Shown: positions 16,205 to 33,164 of the stretch, piece after piece
How the letters are laid out: each line of letters begins with the position of its first letter
Numbering within the stretch: position 1 is the first letter of the stretch
From: the human T2T-CHM13v2.0 reference genome, Homo sapiens
Assembly (NCBI RefSeq): GCF_009914755.1
Contig: NC_060930.1
Strand: one strand, 5' to 3'
DNA length: 64,000 bases
The notes under the pieces: model-generated
The model's database searches: none
Told to the model about the DNA's origin: nothing
The model's input: the letters and a program-made list of their open reading frames with translations, nothing else
Translations under genes and position numbers: made by a program

Positions 16205-18260
16205 TTCTTCTTTTCCTTCCTTCCTTCCTTTCTTTCCTTCTTTCCTTTTCTTCCTGTTTATTCTTTTCATTACAATCTCTGATTTTCATGACAGTCAATC
16301 TCAAGGGAAAGCTATGACCACCTCCATGTGAACCTGAAAATGGATATCCTATGTGTTTGGCCCAGCTACCATAGACATCTCTTGCCCCAGAGTTCCGGTG
16401 TATTTTTCCCTCTTAGTTTTTCGGTTCCTCTCCGCCATTGCACCAGCCTCAGGTCCACATAGGATGCTCTCTGCTGAGTATTGCCTTGAGTTACTGCTCT
16501 CTCTCATGTTCTAGCTGATGCTACTCGTGATCACAGTATCACCTGAGTAGGAAAGAGGATGCTAGAGGTAAAAAATGCTACCACAGCATTTTGTTTGTTT
16601 ATAAAATGTTAGACCCTGGTCCCCTCCATTTTTTTCCCCTTTCATATCTAAATTTTGAGACCACTGGCCTCTAACAGTCTGTAGTAGCCCTAAGTTCAAG
16701 GTGTCATATGCTTCTCTGGTGCCTGTTAGTGAGCCAAATAGAGAAACACTATGCTAGAGAGACTGCTGACCAGGAAGATCACATCAAACCAATGGTAACA
16801 GAAATTGAACTGCAGTTCTCCAAGGACTTCGGTAATTATGGTGCATATTCTAGAGGCATACTCATTCAGATTAGAAGCGCAGAGGAGACAAAGTACATGC
16901 CCATTATCTGTGCTAATAGCAGGACATTGACACTGGAGGACTTACTGCTAGAGATGGCATAAAAGAACGTGGTATGAGCAATCCTCTGATGGATGTGGCG
17001 ATGATTATTCCAACAAGAATGGAGGAAATGTGTTGGGACCAAAATTTCACATCACACTGGATTCCCAGATAATTCACAGTGATCTCAACGCCTCTTGTGA
17101 CAGGATCCATTTTCCCAACTCGATCAAAAGCAATGTTGATGGTGCCATGAAAATTTTTCAAACACAGTAAATAGAGAAAAAGTAACCCAGAAAATTGAAA
17201 TATTTCCTTTTGAAGGTTTTGGAGTATTCTGTTCTCTCCTTGGTAGCGTACAGATCAGCTGTTTTCAGAAAAAGCTGCCTGCTTAGTTCTTCCAAAGCAT
17301 CCACTTCCTGTTGAGTAAGTGGTAATACTTTCTATCATTCCCCAGAATCCTGATGGTTTGTTATGCACCTCCCCTTTCTGGAACATCGTTCTCTGTGCCA
17401 TTGCCATCCTTTTCTTTGTGGTTATGATCATATCCATGGTTTGGAGCAGTCGCTGTTCCAGGGCTAGAATATCTGTGTCAGTCACATTCCTGAGGAAATA
17501 AGACATCAAAGTGTATGTGCAGTAGACGGCACCAAATCCAGAAAGGAGGGCCATGAGAGTAACTCCAATCACACCAACCCAGCTGATGAGCTGTTCTATG
17601 GATAAGATCCCATGTTTTGGGCTGAGAATGGGAAAGGAATCTCCTAGTTTCCAGAAAAAACAGATAAAGGTCAACCACAAGAGACAGGAAAAAAGCAGTC
17701 GTTGTTTATGCACTAAGACAGAGGAGACAAAAGTAGTCGGATGTTGCTCACAATAAAATAGCCAGTTTAAAAACGCACCATGAAAACCAGAATCAGCAGA
17801 ATTACACCTAGGTTCAATTTCCAGTAAAAATAACGACAGCTGCTACTCAATACTCCAAAGATTTCAAAGATGATGAGCTCAAACATAGTGCAAGAAAATG
17901 CAAACGTCACAGAGAAGATCACCTGTACAACATACTGACGCACCTCATAGTTCTTAAACAATTGGCACATGAAGAAAAGCCACCCAAATTAAAAAAAAAT
18001 AGTATCTGGGAGGTAATCACGATGCTGGAATCAATCAGGAAGCCTATGGTGAAGTGTAGGGAGGGCTCCTGCCTCCATTTCCCACTTCCAAGGCCGCGGC
18101 ACGCTGGGGCCACCGGCCTCTCACACAGGCGGCCTTCGCCCAGGTGCAGCCGTAGGGACTGCGGCTCGTCAGCCTGACGCCATCAAGCTGCGCCCCAGCC
18201 AGCCAGTCAATGGCTGTGTCCAGAGCTTCCCGCCTCGGGCTCAGCGTAGGTGGAGCGGAC
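16205..18260 (-). pseudogene. GPR89P: Processed pseudogene of GPR89 (Golgi pH regulator); CDS remnant ~18047..16696
   Basis: Fragments in different frames (FLIDSSIVITSQILFF, YEVRQYVVQVIFSVTFAFSCTMFELIIFEI, HKQRLLFSCLLW, FDRVGKMDPVTRGVEITVNYLGIQ) match GPR89. Intronless, start codon now ATA, frameshifted, AATAAA near 16260 and a decayed poly(A)/(GGAA)n tail, inserted into an L1. Confidence 0.95.
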
Positions 18261-18304
18261 GCCTCCACTTTCATTTCTGATTTTAGTCTTCTGCGTCTCC
18301 TCTC

Positions 18305-18606
18305 TTGTTTATTTGTTTGTTTGTTTTTTGAGACAGAGTCTCACTCTATTGCCCAGACTTCGGTGGTGCCATTTCGGCTCACTGCAACCTCCGCCTCCTG
18401 GGTTCAGACGATTCTCCTGCCTCAGTCTCCTGAGTAGCTGGGATTACAGGCGCCGCCACAACGCTAGGCTAACTTTTGTATTTTTAGTAGAGACGGGGCT
18501 CTCGCCATGTTGGCCAGGCTGGTCTCGAACTCCTGACCTCAGGTGATCTGCCCACTTCGGCCTCCGAAAGTGCTACAGTTACAGGCATGAGCCACCGCGC
18601 CCGGCC
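18305..18606 (-). mobile_element. Alu
   Basis: Antisense Alu. Confidence 0.9.
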
Positions 18607-18967
18607 CGCTCTTCTTTTTTCTTGGTTCATTTAGCTAAATGTTTGTCAATTTTGGTGAACTTTTCAAAGAACCAACTTTTGGTTTCATTGATTTTCTATA
18701 TTGTTTCCAGCCTGTCCTTTCCGATGGCTTGCCTTTTCTGACAGCCTGCCCTATGGATTTAGCAATTACTAGCCAGGTTCACAGTTGCATAAGCCAATTC
18801 CTTAAAAAAAAATCAACCTCTCACATATAAATATTCATCTGGATGATTCTCCACAAACCGAATAAACCCCGCCTACCAGCATGCAGCTCAAGAGCACCCT
18901 AAGTTCCTTTCCAATCACTATGCGGAGGGAACCACTATTGCGACTCGCCCCACACCCACCGGCGAGA

Positions 18968-19559
<592 letters not shown>

Positions 19560-19604
19560 GAGACCTGGGAATTTTAGGAGAATCATTGGGTTGAACAAAA
19601 ATTA

Positions 19605-19824
<220 letters not shown>

Positions 19825-20190
19825 AATATTCCCAGGTCTCACTTAATAGGCTGTCCAAAGCCAGTCTTGGACGCCATTAGGGAGACTCCTACCCTTTTTG
19901 CCTTACCTTTCTTTCACGTCAAAGTAATTCTGTGAATCATTGTTCTCTCGCTTTTCAAGTGGAGTCTCCTTCCTAGTTGGAGAATAGTAGCTCCTTGTCA
20001 CTACTGCAGACACCCTTAGGGAGGACACCTGTGGTTTCCTGCCTTGCTTATTAGATGTCTACAATTTTTTCTTGGATTATTTTTTGAATAAATAACTTGG
20101 CTTCATTCACCATTCCAGATACTATTATTGCCACTTTACTATATGCTTACAGTATGTGTTAAATTATTTAATTTTATTAATTGAAAACAG

Positions 20191-20335
20191 TTTTTTGAGA
20201 CAAGGTCTCGCTAGGTTACCCAGGCTGGTCTCGAACTCCTAGGCTCAAGCTACACTCCTATCTCAGACTCCCAAGTAGCTAGAATTATAGGTACATGCCA
20301 CCCTGCCTGGCTTAATTTTTATGATAAGTAACACA
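20191..20335 (-). mobile_element. FLAM/Alu monomer
   Basis: Antisense monomer. Confidence 0.75.
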
Positions 20336-20601
20336 TTCACTTGGTTCAAACATCTTGAGTACAGAAAAAAAAATGCAGCTAATATCACCTTCCTCTTTCT
20401 CATCCACCCAGTTCCCAGCTTTTTAATTTAATTAATTTATTTTTCTTACGTGCTATCATGTCAAAGTACAGTTCCTAGCATTTTAAACAGGCTACCATTG
20501 TCATGAATTTCCTGCTATCTTTCCAGAGATTTTTAAAAGTGCAAATACAGTCTAATACAAATACATATTCTCTTCCACCCTGGCCCAGTCTGTATATTTA
20601 A

Positions 20602-21168
<567 letters not shown>

Positions 21169-21560
21169 TTTAAATAAATAAATGAAAACTGTTATATTTC
21201 GTATATATGGCATAATTTATTTAACTGATTATATACTTAAGATAAATAGCTTTTTCTTAATCTTTATATTACAAATAATATCAAGTGAATAATTAGAACA
21301 TAATCGTTATGCCTGCAAGCATCCTTTGTACACTTGTGAAATGCACATCAAGGGACATATGATATATGCATTTGAAATGTTGATGGATTCTGCCAAATTG
21401 CCCTCTGCAGGAGGCTGAGCGTGATTTATTTCTTTGTGGTGAGCACAATAAAACAGGATCCTGGCCATACTCAATATCACATTTGCACAATATTAGATTA
21501 TCTGTTACAACTATGACGCAAAATCAGGCAATCCATGAAGACTGTAGAAGAATAAAAAGT

Positions 21561-21884
21561 GGCTGGGTGCGGTGGCTCACGCTTGTAATCCCAGCACTTT
21601 GGGAGGCCGAGGCCGGTGGATCACCTGAGTCAGGAGTTCGAGACCAGTCTGGCCAACATGGTGAAACCGTGCCTCTACTAAAAACACAAAAATTAGCTGG
21701 GCGTGGTGGCAGGCACCTGTAATCCCAGGTATTTGGGAGGCTGAGGCAGGAGAAACGCTTGAACCCTTGAGGCGGAGGTTGCAGTGAGCCAAGACCACAC
21801 CAATGAACTTCCAGCCTGGCTATCAAGAGCGAAACTCCATCTCAAAAAATAAATAAATAAAATTAAAAAATAAAAAAAGAAAAA
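21561..21884 (+). mobile_element. Alu
   Basis: Sense Alu. Confidence 0.9.
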
Positions 21885-22359
21885 GTAAGGTATTCTACCC
21901 ATGAAGCTTGAAAGATCATGCTATACAAATAAAAAACTCTCATCTTGGATTGACCTAGATGAGTTTGTAGGCCAAGGCAAAAATTACACTTCTACTGCAG
22001 AGACTGAACCCTGCTTCATACAAAACAAAAGATACTTGAAACTGTACTAATGCTAGGAAGAAAGACATGATGACAAGCTAAGAGTGTCAATTGGCAGGAC
22101 AGGCATAGTTGGGGTTCTGGGGTTTTTCTGGGGACAGAATTACTGGGAAATTCACTGATCTTCCCCACATGCAGAATAATCTGCCATCAGATTCTATAAA
22201 ACAAGTTTTTCTACTTTACTTTGAAACTTTGAAGAAGATAGCCCCACAAAATATTATCATATTGCAGAAAATTTTCCTAGATCATTAAAGTAAAAGAAAT
22301 GTTAATTAACAGTAAATAACTTGTTAAACTTAAATTTTCCCTCTGCTCAAAATAACTTC

Positions 22360-23585
22360 CCTTCTTCTTCACCACAAGTTTACTCAAATTTTAGATATAC
22401 CTCAAGAATAATCTTCCCTTGGGAGGTTTCCTCAGACCAACGTGAGTTACATGTCCTTCCTCTGTTTCGATTTGTCACGACAAAAATATTATATGTATGA
22501 ATTTCTACATGGAATAAAAGTAGGATTTTATTCTTAAAAAATATAGTTCTTAGATTTTGCTCTGCAGGCATTGAGTTTTTATTTTTGCATAGCTTTTTGT
22601 CTAATACCCAGCAATCCCACTTCTAGGAATATCCCTCAGTGACATTTCAGTTTATCATTCTAGTGGATTAAATGAGACTAATCATTGTAGTGATATGCGG
22701 TAACAGAGTTGAAGCAACCTGCCTGTCTGTCATCGGAGCAGGTGGGTATAAACTTCATGCTGTGCAGAGTCACAACTAACGAAGCAGCTGCGTATGTACC
22801 AAGACGGGTAGATTTTTCAAAGTGAAGTAAAATCTAAGAAACAAAAAACAAAAGATCAAAACAAATAAAAACAAAAAGCACAATACCAAGGTTAAAATCA
22901 TAGCAATACGCAAAAAGCAGATTAAGTGAGACGATAGCTGAATGGGAATGGCAGGGAATTGTGTGAGAATCGGAAGAAGCTAAGTCAAGTGGTCCTAATT
23001 TTACCTTTTGTAAGACAGCTGTGTAGCACTGGCCCCTGCCCTCTTGCTGACCTGGAAGATAACCAGTCACAGGCAGCCCCCTGGCCCCATCTCAATCGAC
23101 AGTCTCTCCCTGTGAGTATTTCTCTGCAGAAAAGTGCTGGAGGTCTCCTGGGCTCCTTCCTTACAAAGTGGGTTTTAAAAGTCGTTCTCTGTAATCAAGA
23201 AGTGAATGTCTGTGTGCATTGAAAGGACAGAGAAACAAGTCATAGGACTGTATAACAGTTTTGAAATTTAAATCAAATTTCTGTGTGTTCTGCCCGAGGT
23301 TTATTGGCCTGGGGTTTGTGAGATTTTGTGTCCCTGCGGAAAGCCTTCCTGGATCTTGAGTCTAGAGTTTTGGTATTTTTGGTTTTGTTACGTGGAATGT
23401 ATAAGGAAAGGGAAAAAGCGCCGCAAATATGACAATGGTTGTTACAGTAGTTTCTCTAGAGTAGTAGTTCTCACGTTCACTTCACCCTGGAAGGACCCTC
23501 CGTCTGAAACTGGGCGGAAATACCTCCCAGATTCTTCCCACTCCCCTCTCTATTTCAGCTTGGGTAACTTGTTTCATCGAACTCC
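22360..23585 (+). repeat. Ancient ~1.2-kb duplicated tRNA-Val cassette, copy 1
   Basis: Collinear with 39995-41355, e.g. TACCCAGCAATCCCACTTCTA, GAGTCACAACTAA, AAGTAAAATCTAAGAAACAAAA, TTCAGCTTGGGTAA. Confidence 0.9.
23450..23522 (+). pseudogene. Eroded tRNA-Val(CAC) pseudogene
   Basis: GTTTCTCTAGAGTAGTAGTTCTCACGTTCACTTCACCCTGGAAGGACCCTCCGTCTGAAACTGGGCGGAAATA is collinear with tRNA-Val over 73 nt; the B box is destroyed. Confidence 0.8.
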
Positions 23586-23686
23586 ACCCCAGCTGAAGGA
23601 GCCAATGCTGTCCCAAGAGAAGGATCGCTATGGGGCCCTAACTAACCTCAGTCTCTATGCTGATGTGACCCAGGTTAGTAGCCTAA

Positions 23687-24105
<419 letters not shown>

Positions 24106-24413
24106 TAAAACGGAACAGAGTTCCCTTTTGAATCACAACAGCATATTTTATTGGGGTTTGTATTATTGATTTTGTATATATCACGTAAGAGTTTTTTGCT
24201 GGATACTTGTAGTGTGAATATCTTCTTCCCACCTGTGTTTGAGAAACAGCTTAATGGTGTCTTGTGATAAAATTGTTAAATTTTCACGAAGTCAAATTTA
24301 TTTCAATTTTGTTTACTTATTTTTGTATCTCCCTATGAAATCTTTGTTTCCCCAAGGTCATGGAAATAGCCTATGCTCCACGACCCCCCCCCCCACTTAC
24401 ATAATCATTTACC

Positions 24414-24687
24414 TTTTATTTATTTATTTTTATTTTATTTATTTTTTTGAGCCATCTTGGCTCACCACAACCTCCATCTCCCAGGTTCAAACAATTCTCC
24501 TACCTCAGCCTCCCGAGTAGCTGGGATTACAGGCTCCCGCCACAACACCCCGCTAATTTTGTATTTTTATTAGAGACCGGGTTACTCCATGTTGGTCAGG
24601 CTGGTCTCGAACTCCCGACCTCAGGTGATCCCCCTGCCTCGGCCTCCCAAAACCCTGGGATTACAGGCGTGAGCCACTGTGCCTGGC
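24414..24687 (-). mobile_element. Alu, TSD ATCATTTACCTTTTATT
   Basis: Antisense Alu. Confidence 0.9.
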
Positions 24688-25790
24688 CACATCATTTACC
24701 TTTTATTTTTAGGAATATGATCAAAAGACCTGAACAGGCACTTCCAAAATAGAATATGTCAATGGCCAGTAAGCACATAAGCAGATGTTGTGATATCAAT
24801 AAAAAGTTTGCTTATTTATTTTAACCAGTGGTGACCAGACAAAAGACCTCAACTGTCTCTGGAAACTTTATTTTATTTCCAGAAATCTTTTCAAAACTCT
24901 TCTGTGAAGGTTGTGTTTGTCTGGGGGAGGGGTGAAGTTGTGGTTTGGGATGAGTTGCAGATGAAGGAGATAAGACAAGGTTTCTGCCTTCAGGATCTTC
25001 AGGAATATGTGTCCTTTAATCAGACTGCTTAACTTGATTTGGCTGATCCCCCTTTCTTTTTCAGTTCCCTCCATCCCTCTAATCCCCATCACCTAAAAAG
25101 ACCTCCAGAGACTTAGTTCATAGCTGGGCTTGATCTATATCTCTTTGCTCCAGACATTTCTGCTCTGTGTCAATGCCAGCCTGCATCTATCTGGGATGTT
25201 GGGTGGGGTAGTAGAGTGGGATCGGTCTCTCTAGCCATAAGGTCTCCTAGGTTGGGCACTCAGCAGTTGCCATCAGTGTCCAATGATTATGGGGAGACTA
25301 TTCTTCAGTGGGTTAAATGGGCAGTCACACAGTTCTGTAAATTCAGGCCAACATGAGGTGAAGTTCAGAAATTCAAGACAGTCAGGAGCTGGGGGAGAGA
25401 ACTCAGCCTTTCCTGGAGTTGCAGTGGTGCGGGTATGTACTAGATTTGTGGGGCCCTAGATTTGCTGGGACAGTGGCAGGATTTATCAGAATTGAGGAAT
25501 GAGAGAAATAAAAGATTTTAAGTTTTAGTTATTTGATGTGGGTTTTATTATACATTTTGCTAGAAAGAGTAAAGGTCAATTTTTCTTTTGATTTAAGAAA
25601 TGTATTTTATTGTAGTACGAGCACTTGACATGAGATTTATGTTCTTAACAAATTTAAATGTGTGCTATACATTTGTCCCTTGCTTTGTGGCAGAGATTGA
25701 TTCCAGGACCTCAGGCATATTCCAAAATCCCTGCATAGTCAAGTCCTGCGACTTGCCCTCTGAAATCTGCCCCGCCTACATGAAGAGTCA

Positions 25791-26354
<564 letters not shown>

Positions 26355-26557
26355 TTAAAAGAACAAATTAATTCTATTTTAGATTAACCTCTATTAATCT
26401 TAATTTGTTATATTAACAAATTTAATTTGTAAACTACTTAATTCTACTTGAGATATCTAAAACGATCAAACTCAGAATCAGAGAGAATGGTGGTTGCCAG
26501 GGGCTTGGGAGAAGGGGAAACAGGAAGTTGCTAATCAACAAAGTTGCAGTTATACAT

Positions 26558-26912
26558 TGTATTAGTCTGTTCTCACACTGCTAATAAAGACATACCTGAG
26601 AGTGGGTAATTTATAAAGGAAAGAGGTTTTATGGACTCACAGTATCATGTGTCTGGGGAGGCCTCACAATCACCGCAGAAGGCAAAGAAGAAGCAAAGAC
26701 ATGTCTTACATAGCCACAGGCAAGAGAGCTTGTGCAGGGGAACTCCCGTTTATAAAACCATCAGATCTCGTAAGACTTATTCACTACCACAGGAACAGTA
26801 TGGGGGAAACCACCCCCTTGATTCAATATATCCACCTGGCCCCATGCTTTACACGTGGGGATTATTACAATTCAAGGTGAGATTTGAGTGGGGACACAAT
26901 CAAACCATATCA
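26558..26912 (-). mobile_element. THE1 (MaLR) solo LTR
   Basis: TGTATTAGTCTGTTCTCACACTGCTAATAAAGACATACC...CAAACCATATCA; 5-bp TSD TACAT. Confidence 0.92.
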
Positions 26913-26973
26913 TACATGATGGAAAAGTTCTAGAAATCTCTGTACAACATTGTGCCTATAGTTAACGATACTA

Positions 26974-27221
26974 CAGTTGACTCTTGAACAATACAGGTTT
27001 GAACTGCATTGGTCCAGTTATATGTGGATTTTTTTTCAACCAAACTAGCAGATCAAAAATGCACTATTGGCAAGATGTGAAACCTGCACAAAGAGAGAGC
27101 TGACTTTTCATGCAGGCGGGGCAGATTTCAGAGGACCAACTGCAGGACTTGATTATGAGGGGATTTTGGAATATGCCTGAGGTCCTGGAATCAATCTCTG
27201 CCACAAAGCAAGGGACAACTG
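26974..27221 (-). mobile_element. MER8 (Tigger-derived) element; a truncated inverted copy lies at ~25670-25886
   Basis: CAGTTGACTCTTGAACAA...AGGGACAACTG termini with TA flanks. Confidence 0.75.
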
Positions 27222-27475
27222 TATATTATACATTTAAATTTGTTAAGAACATAAATCTCATGTCAAGTGTTCTTACTATAATAAAATACATATTTTAAAT
27301 CACAAGAAAAATTGACCTTTACTCTTCCTAGCAAAATGTATAATAAAACCCACATCAAATAACTAAAACTTAAAATTTTTTCTTTCTCTTGTTCCTCAAA
27401 CTCCTGATCTCCTGCCTCAGCCTTTGAAAATGCTGGGATTATAGATGTGAGCCACTGTGCCAGGCCTGTTTCCAC

Positions 27476-27943
<468 letters not shown>

Positions 27944-28492
27944 TAGCCAGCATAATCATAAGGTAGTCACATTTTAAATTTTTTGGAGGAAACACCATAC
28001 TGTTTTCTACAGTGACTGTATCATTTTGTATTCCCACCTACAGTGTAGAAACAAGGGTTCCAATTTTCCACATGTTGCCTTTTGTTTTTGTTATTTGTTT
28101 GTTTGTTTGTTTTTCATAATAGCTATCCTAACAGGTGTGATGTGAATCTCATTGTCAGGTTGATTTGCATTTTTTTGATGATTAGTGACATTGAACATTG
28201 TTGCTCATTTGCATGTCTCCTTTGGATAAATGTCTATTAGCCCTTCTTAAATCAGATTGTTAGAGGTTTGTTTGTTTTGCTACTGAGTTGTAGCAGTTCT
28301 GCATTTTGGAAATTAACTCCTTAACAGGTATATGGTTTGCAAATACTTTCTCCCATTCTATAACCTATAGAATTCACTCGATTGTTTCCTTTGCTGTGGC
28401 GGCTCCTTCATTTGGAATAGTCCAATTTTTCTATTTTTGCCTGTGCTTTTGGTGTCTTATCCATGAAGTAATTGCCAAGACCAATGTTCTGA

Positions 28493-28781
<289 letters not shown>

Positions 28782-28797
28782 GAGACCTTGTCTTAAA

Positions 28798-28865
28798 CAG
28801 CAGCAGCAGTAGCAGCAACAACAACAACAACAAAAACAACAAACCAAACCAAACAACAACAACAA
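28798..28865 (+). repeat. (CAG)n(CAA)n compound microsatellite
   Basis: CAGCAGCAGCAGTAGCAGCAACAACAACAAC... Confidence 0.9.
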
Positions 28866-29632
28866 AAAACCAGTATGATACTGATACAAAGACAAACATA
28901 GAGACCAATGGAACAGAAGAGAGGGCTGGAGAAGTGTAATGCCTCCTGGTTTATTGTTTTTTTTCTCAAGATTATTTAGTGATTCAGGGTCCTTTGTAGT
29001 TTCATATAATTTTAGGATTGTTTTCTCTGTATCTGTACAAATGCCAGTGGGATTTTGATAGAGGTTGCATTAAATCTGTAAATCACTTTGGGTAGTATGG
29101 AAACTTTAAGTCTTCCAATCTATGCACGTGGGATGTCTTTCCATTTGTTTGTGTCTTTTTGATGGATGTTTTATGGTTTTCAGTGCACAAGTGTTTCACT
29201 TTCTTAATTAAGTTTAACTAAGTATTTTATTATTTTTGGTGCCACTGTATTAGGAGATTATCTTCCTAATTTTCTCTTCAGCTAATTTGTTGTTGGTGCA
29301 TAGAAACACAATTGCTTTTTAATGCTGATTTCATATCCTGCAACTTAACTGACAGTTTTTAAAATGGAGTCTTTAGGGTGTTCTCTATATAAGGCCATGC
29401 CATCAATTAACTGATTTTTGTATGTGAAGCATCTTTGCATCCAAAGGATAAATTCCACTTGTTCATGGTGTATGATTATTTTAATGTGCTGTTGAATACA
29501 GTAATACAGTTTGTTAATATTCTGTTGAAGACTTTTGCATCTATGTTCACCAGGGATACTGGCTTTTAGTTTTCTTGGTAATGTATCTGTCTTTGATATC
29601 AGGGTATTTCTAGCCTCATAAAATGAGTTTGA

Positions 29633-30531
<899 letters not shown>

Positions 30532-31689
30532 TTAATTTTTTAAAGACATGCTTTGTAACCTAATGTGATCTATCCTGGAAAATGTTCCGTGTACCCTTGA
30601 GAAGAATGTATGTTCTGCTGCTGTTGGGTGGAATGTTCCTAATAGGTCTATTAGGGCCATTTGATTTTCTTCTGATTTTTAACATATGGGGACTATGACC
30701 TCCCTCCCTAGACAGGTAGTATATGGGGACTACCTGTCTTTGGTACTGTAGATGGCACACGACCTGCACCTTCCGCTGGAGCACTTTTTTTCTACCCTCC
30801 CAACCTGGATGCAGGTCTGGATCTCAGCCCTAGTATATGGGGACTATGACCTAGTATATGACCTAGTATATGGGGACTATGACCTCCCTAGACAGGTAAT
30901 TCAGGGAATTTTTTCTACTTTTAATTATTGTGACCTCTAGTGTTTACTTCAGTTAACATCTGTAACTTTAGTTAAAAAGGACAAAACTCAAAACACCAAG
31001 GGGGCAACAGAGACTTGAAATTCCAGTAGGACCGTAGTTTTTGTTCCTAGTGGACCAAAAGGACTTACATGATTCTTCTGATTTTATGAATTCTGTCAGA
31101 TTCTTGGAAGTAAATGTAATAGGCTGTCCCTTAGATAAAATTAGACCATAATTCAGATTCTGTATATTCTGAGATGATAAAGGGTAGAGGAGGCCATTAT
31201 TAAAATGGCCTTAAATGTCATGCATGCTAGACCTTTAACTACTTCTCTAGTCTTACTTAAAATCACACCTTTTTTTGCTTTATGTACGCTAGCTACACTG
31301 GCCCTAGTGTATTAATTCCTCTTATTTATAAGGTTATCTCCCACCACAGGGCCTTTTTACATGCCATTTCCTATTCTTGGAAAACTCTCCTTTCTCCAAT
31401 GCATTCTCTGGACTCCAAATCAATAAATAATTTTCTAGGGACTTTCCTAAACATTTAAGTGTGTGACACCTGCATTACTCATAGCAAAATGTATCTCTCC
31501 TCGTAGCAAGTTCTACATTAGTTTGTAAGGCAACTTGATTAATGTGTTTCTCCCTCAATGGAATGTAAGTTCTATTAAGGCAGGTACAATGTCTGTTCTT
31601 GTTCACCAATGAAGCCCTACTGTCTAACACATAGACTAGTTTATAATAGGCACTCAGTAAATATTAGTGAAAGAAATGTGTCACCTTCG

Positions 31690-31779
31690 CGCGGTGGCTC
31701 ATGCCTGTAATCCCAGCACTTTGGGAGGCCGAGGTGGGCGGATCAACTCAGGTCAGGGATTCCAGACCAGGCTGGCCCA
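31690..31779 (+). mobile_element. Alu left-arm fragment, abruptly truncated
   Basis: GCGGTGGCTCATGCCTGTAATCCC...CAGGCTGGCCCA followed by non-Alu sequence. Confidence 0.85.
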
Positions 31780-32356
31780 TATAAGAAGCAGCTAACACCC
31801 CTAGGGCTGAGGGCTGAGATGGAGCACGCAAGTATTCTCTTCCCCACCAGGGCTGAGATCCAGACCTGCATCCAGGTTGGGAGGGTAGAAAAAAAGTGCT
31901 CCAGCGGAAGGTGCAGGTCATGTGCCATCTAGAGTACCAAAGAAAAATGTTCATGGGGAAGTCTGTTACCAGAGATGCTCTAAAGGAGGTTCCCCCAAAG
32001 TACTGCTGGCCACCATGCACTGCAGGAGGTTCCTACTAGGTAAACTGCTCAGGCTGTGGGAGCCAGGCCACTGTGCACAGTAACGCCAAGAGATTATTTC
32101 CTCCAGCAATGTCTCTCCATCGCCCTCTATTGACAAAATTTAATATTGAGCTAAACTGCGACAGAAAATATTTAAAGGGCCCAGCTCCGTTCCATTGTTA
32201 TGGAGCAAGGAAAAGTGATTTTGCTGCTGAGAGGTAATAAATAGATAACCGGACAGAAGAGAAAATGCTGACTTTCTTTGGACTGGTTCGAATTCAAACA
32301 CACTTTTATATCCTTGTCCAAGTGCACAATCCATGGTGAAAGTTTAAGAGCTGTCA

Positions 32357-32716
<360 letters not shown>

Positions 32717-33091
32717 TCAAAGCGAAGCGCTCTTCCTTAGAAATCCCCGAGGAAACCCCCTCCACGAAAAACCCGCAAGTGCTGCTCTCTGGATTCCAAG
32801 AAAGCCTGTCTCACCTGCGAGGTGCAGGCGGGTGGAGTTCTGGGACTCCGGTGCCTATTGGGATTGACACCACCGGGGTCACTCAGACGGAGATCAGAAA
32901 AGGAGGATGAGGGTGAGGGTTCGGCGTGGGGTAGAGAAAGGTGTGACGCGGGATTCAGCGCCACGTCGCTGGGTGACGGAAGGAGTACAGAAGTTGAGGG
33001 TTCACGTGCTCGGCAAAAAGCAAAGATTCTATTGGTTCAAATGAAAATACTCAAAAACAGAATTAGCGATAGAAAAAAAAGCGACTCTCTT

Positions 33092-33164
33092 TGTTTCCGC
33101 CCGGTTTCGAACCGGGGACCTTTCGCGTGTTAGGCGAACGTGATAACCACTACACTACGGAAAC
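33092..33164 (-). tRNA. TRV-AAC1-5: tRNA-Val (anticodon AAC), 73 nt, intact
   Basis: Reverse complement GTTTCCGTAGTGTAGTGGTTATCACGTTCGCCTAACACGCGAAAGGTCCCCGGTTCGAAACCGGGCGGAAACA is the canonical major Val-AAC sequence. T8 terminator (A run at 33073-33080). Locus number from memory. Confidence 0.96.

Noticed and set aside
30684-30899. Repeat-spacer pattern superficially like a CRISPR array
   Set aside because: Eukaryotic DNA, irregular spacing, no cas genes; explained by templated repair.
32215-32300. Isolated B-box-like GGTTCGAATTC as a further tRNA relic
   Set aside because: No convincing A box, stems or collinear similarity to a tRNA.
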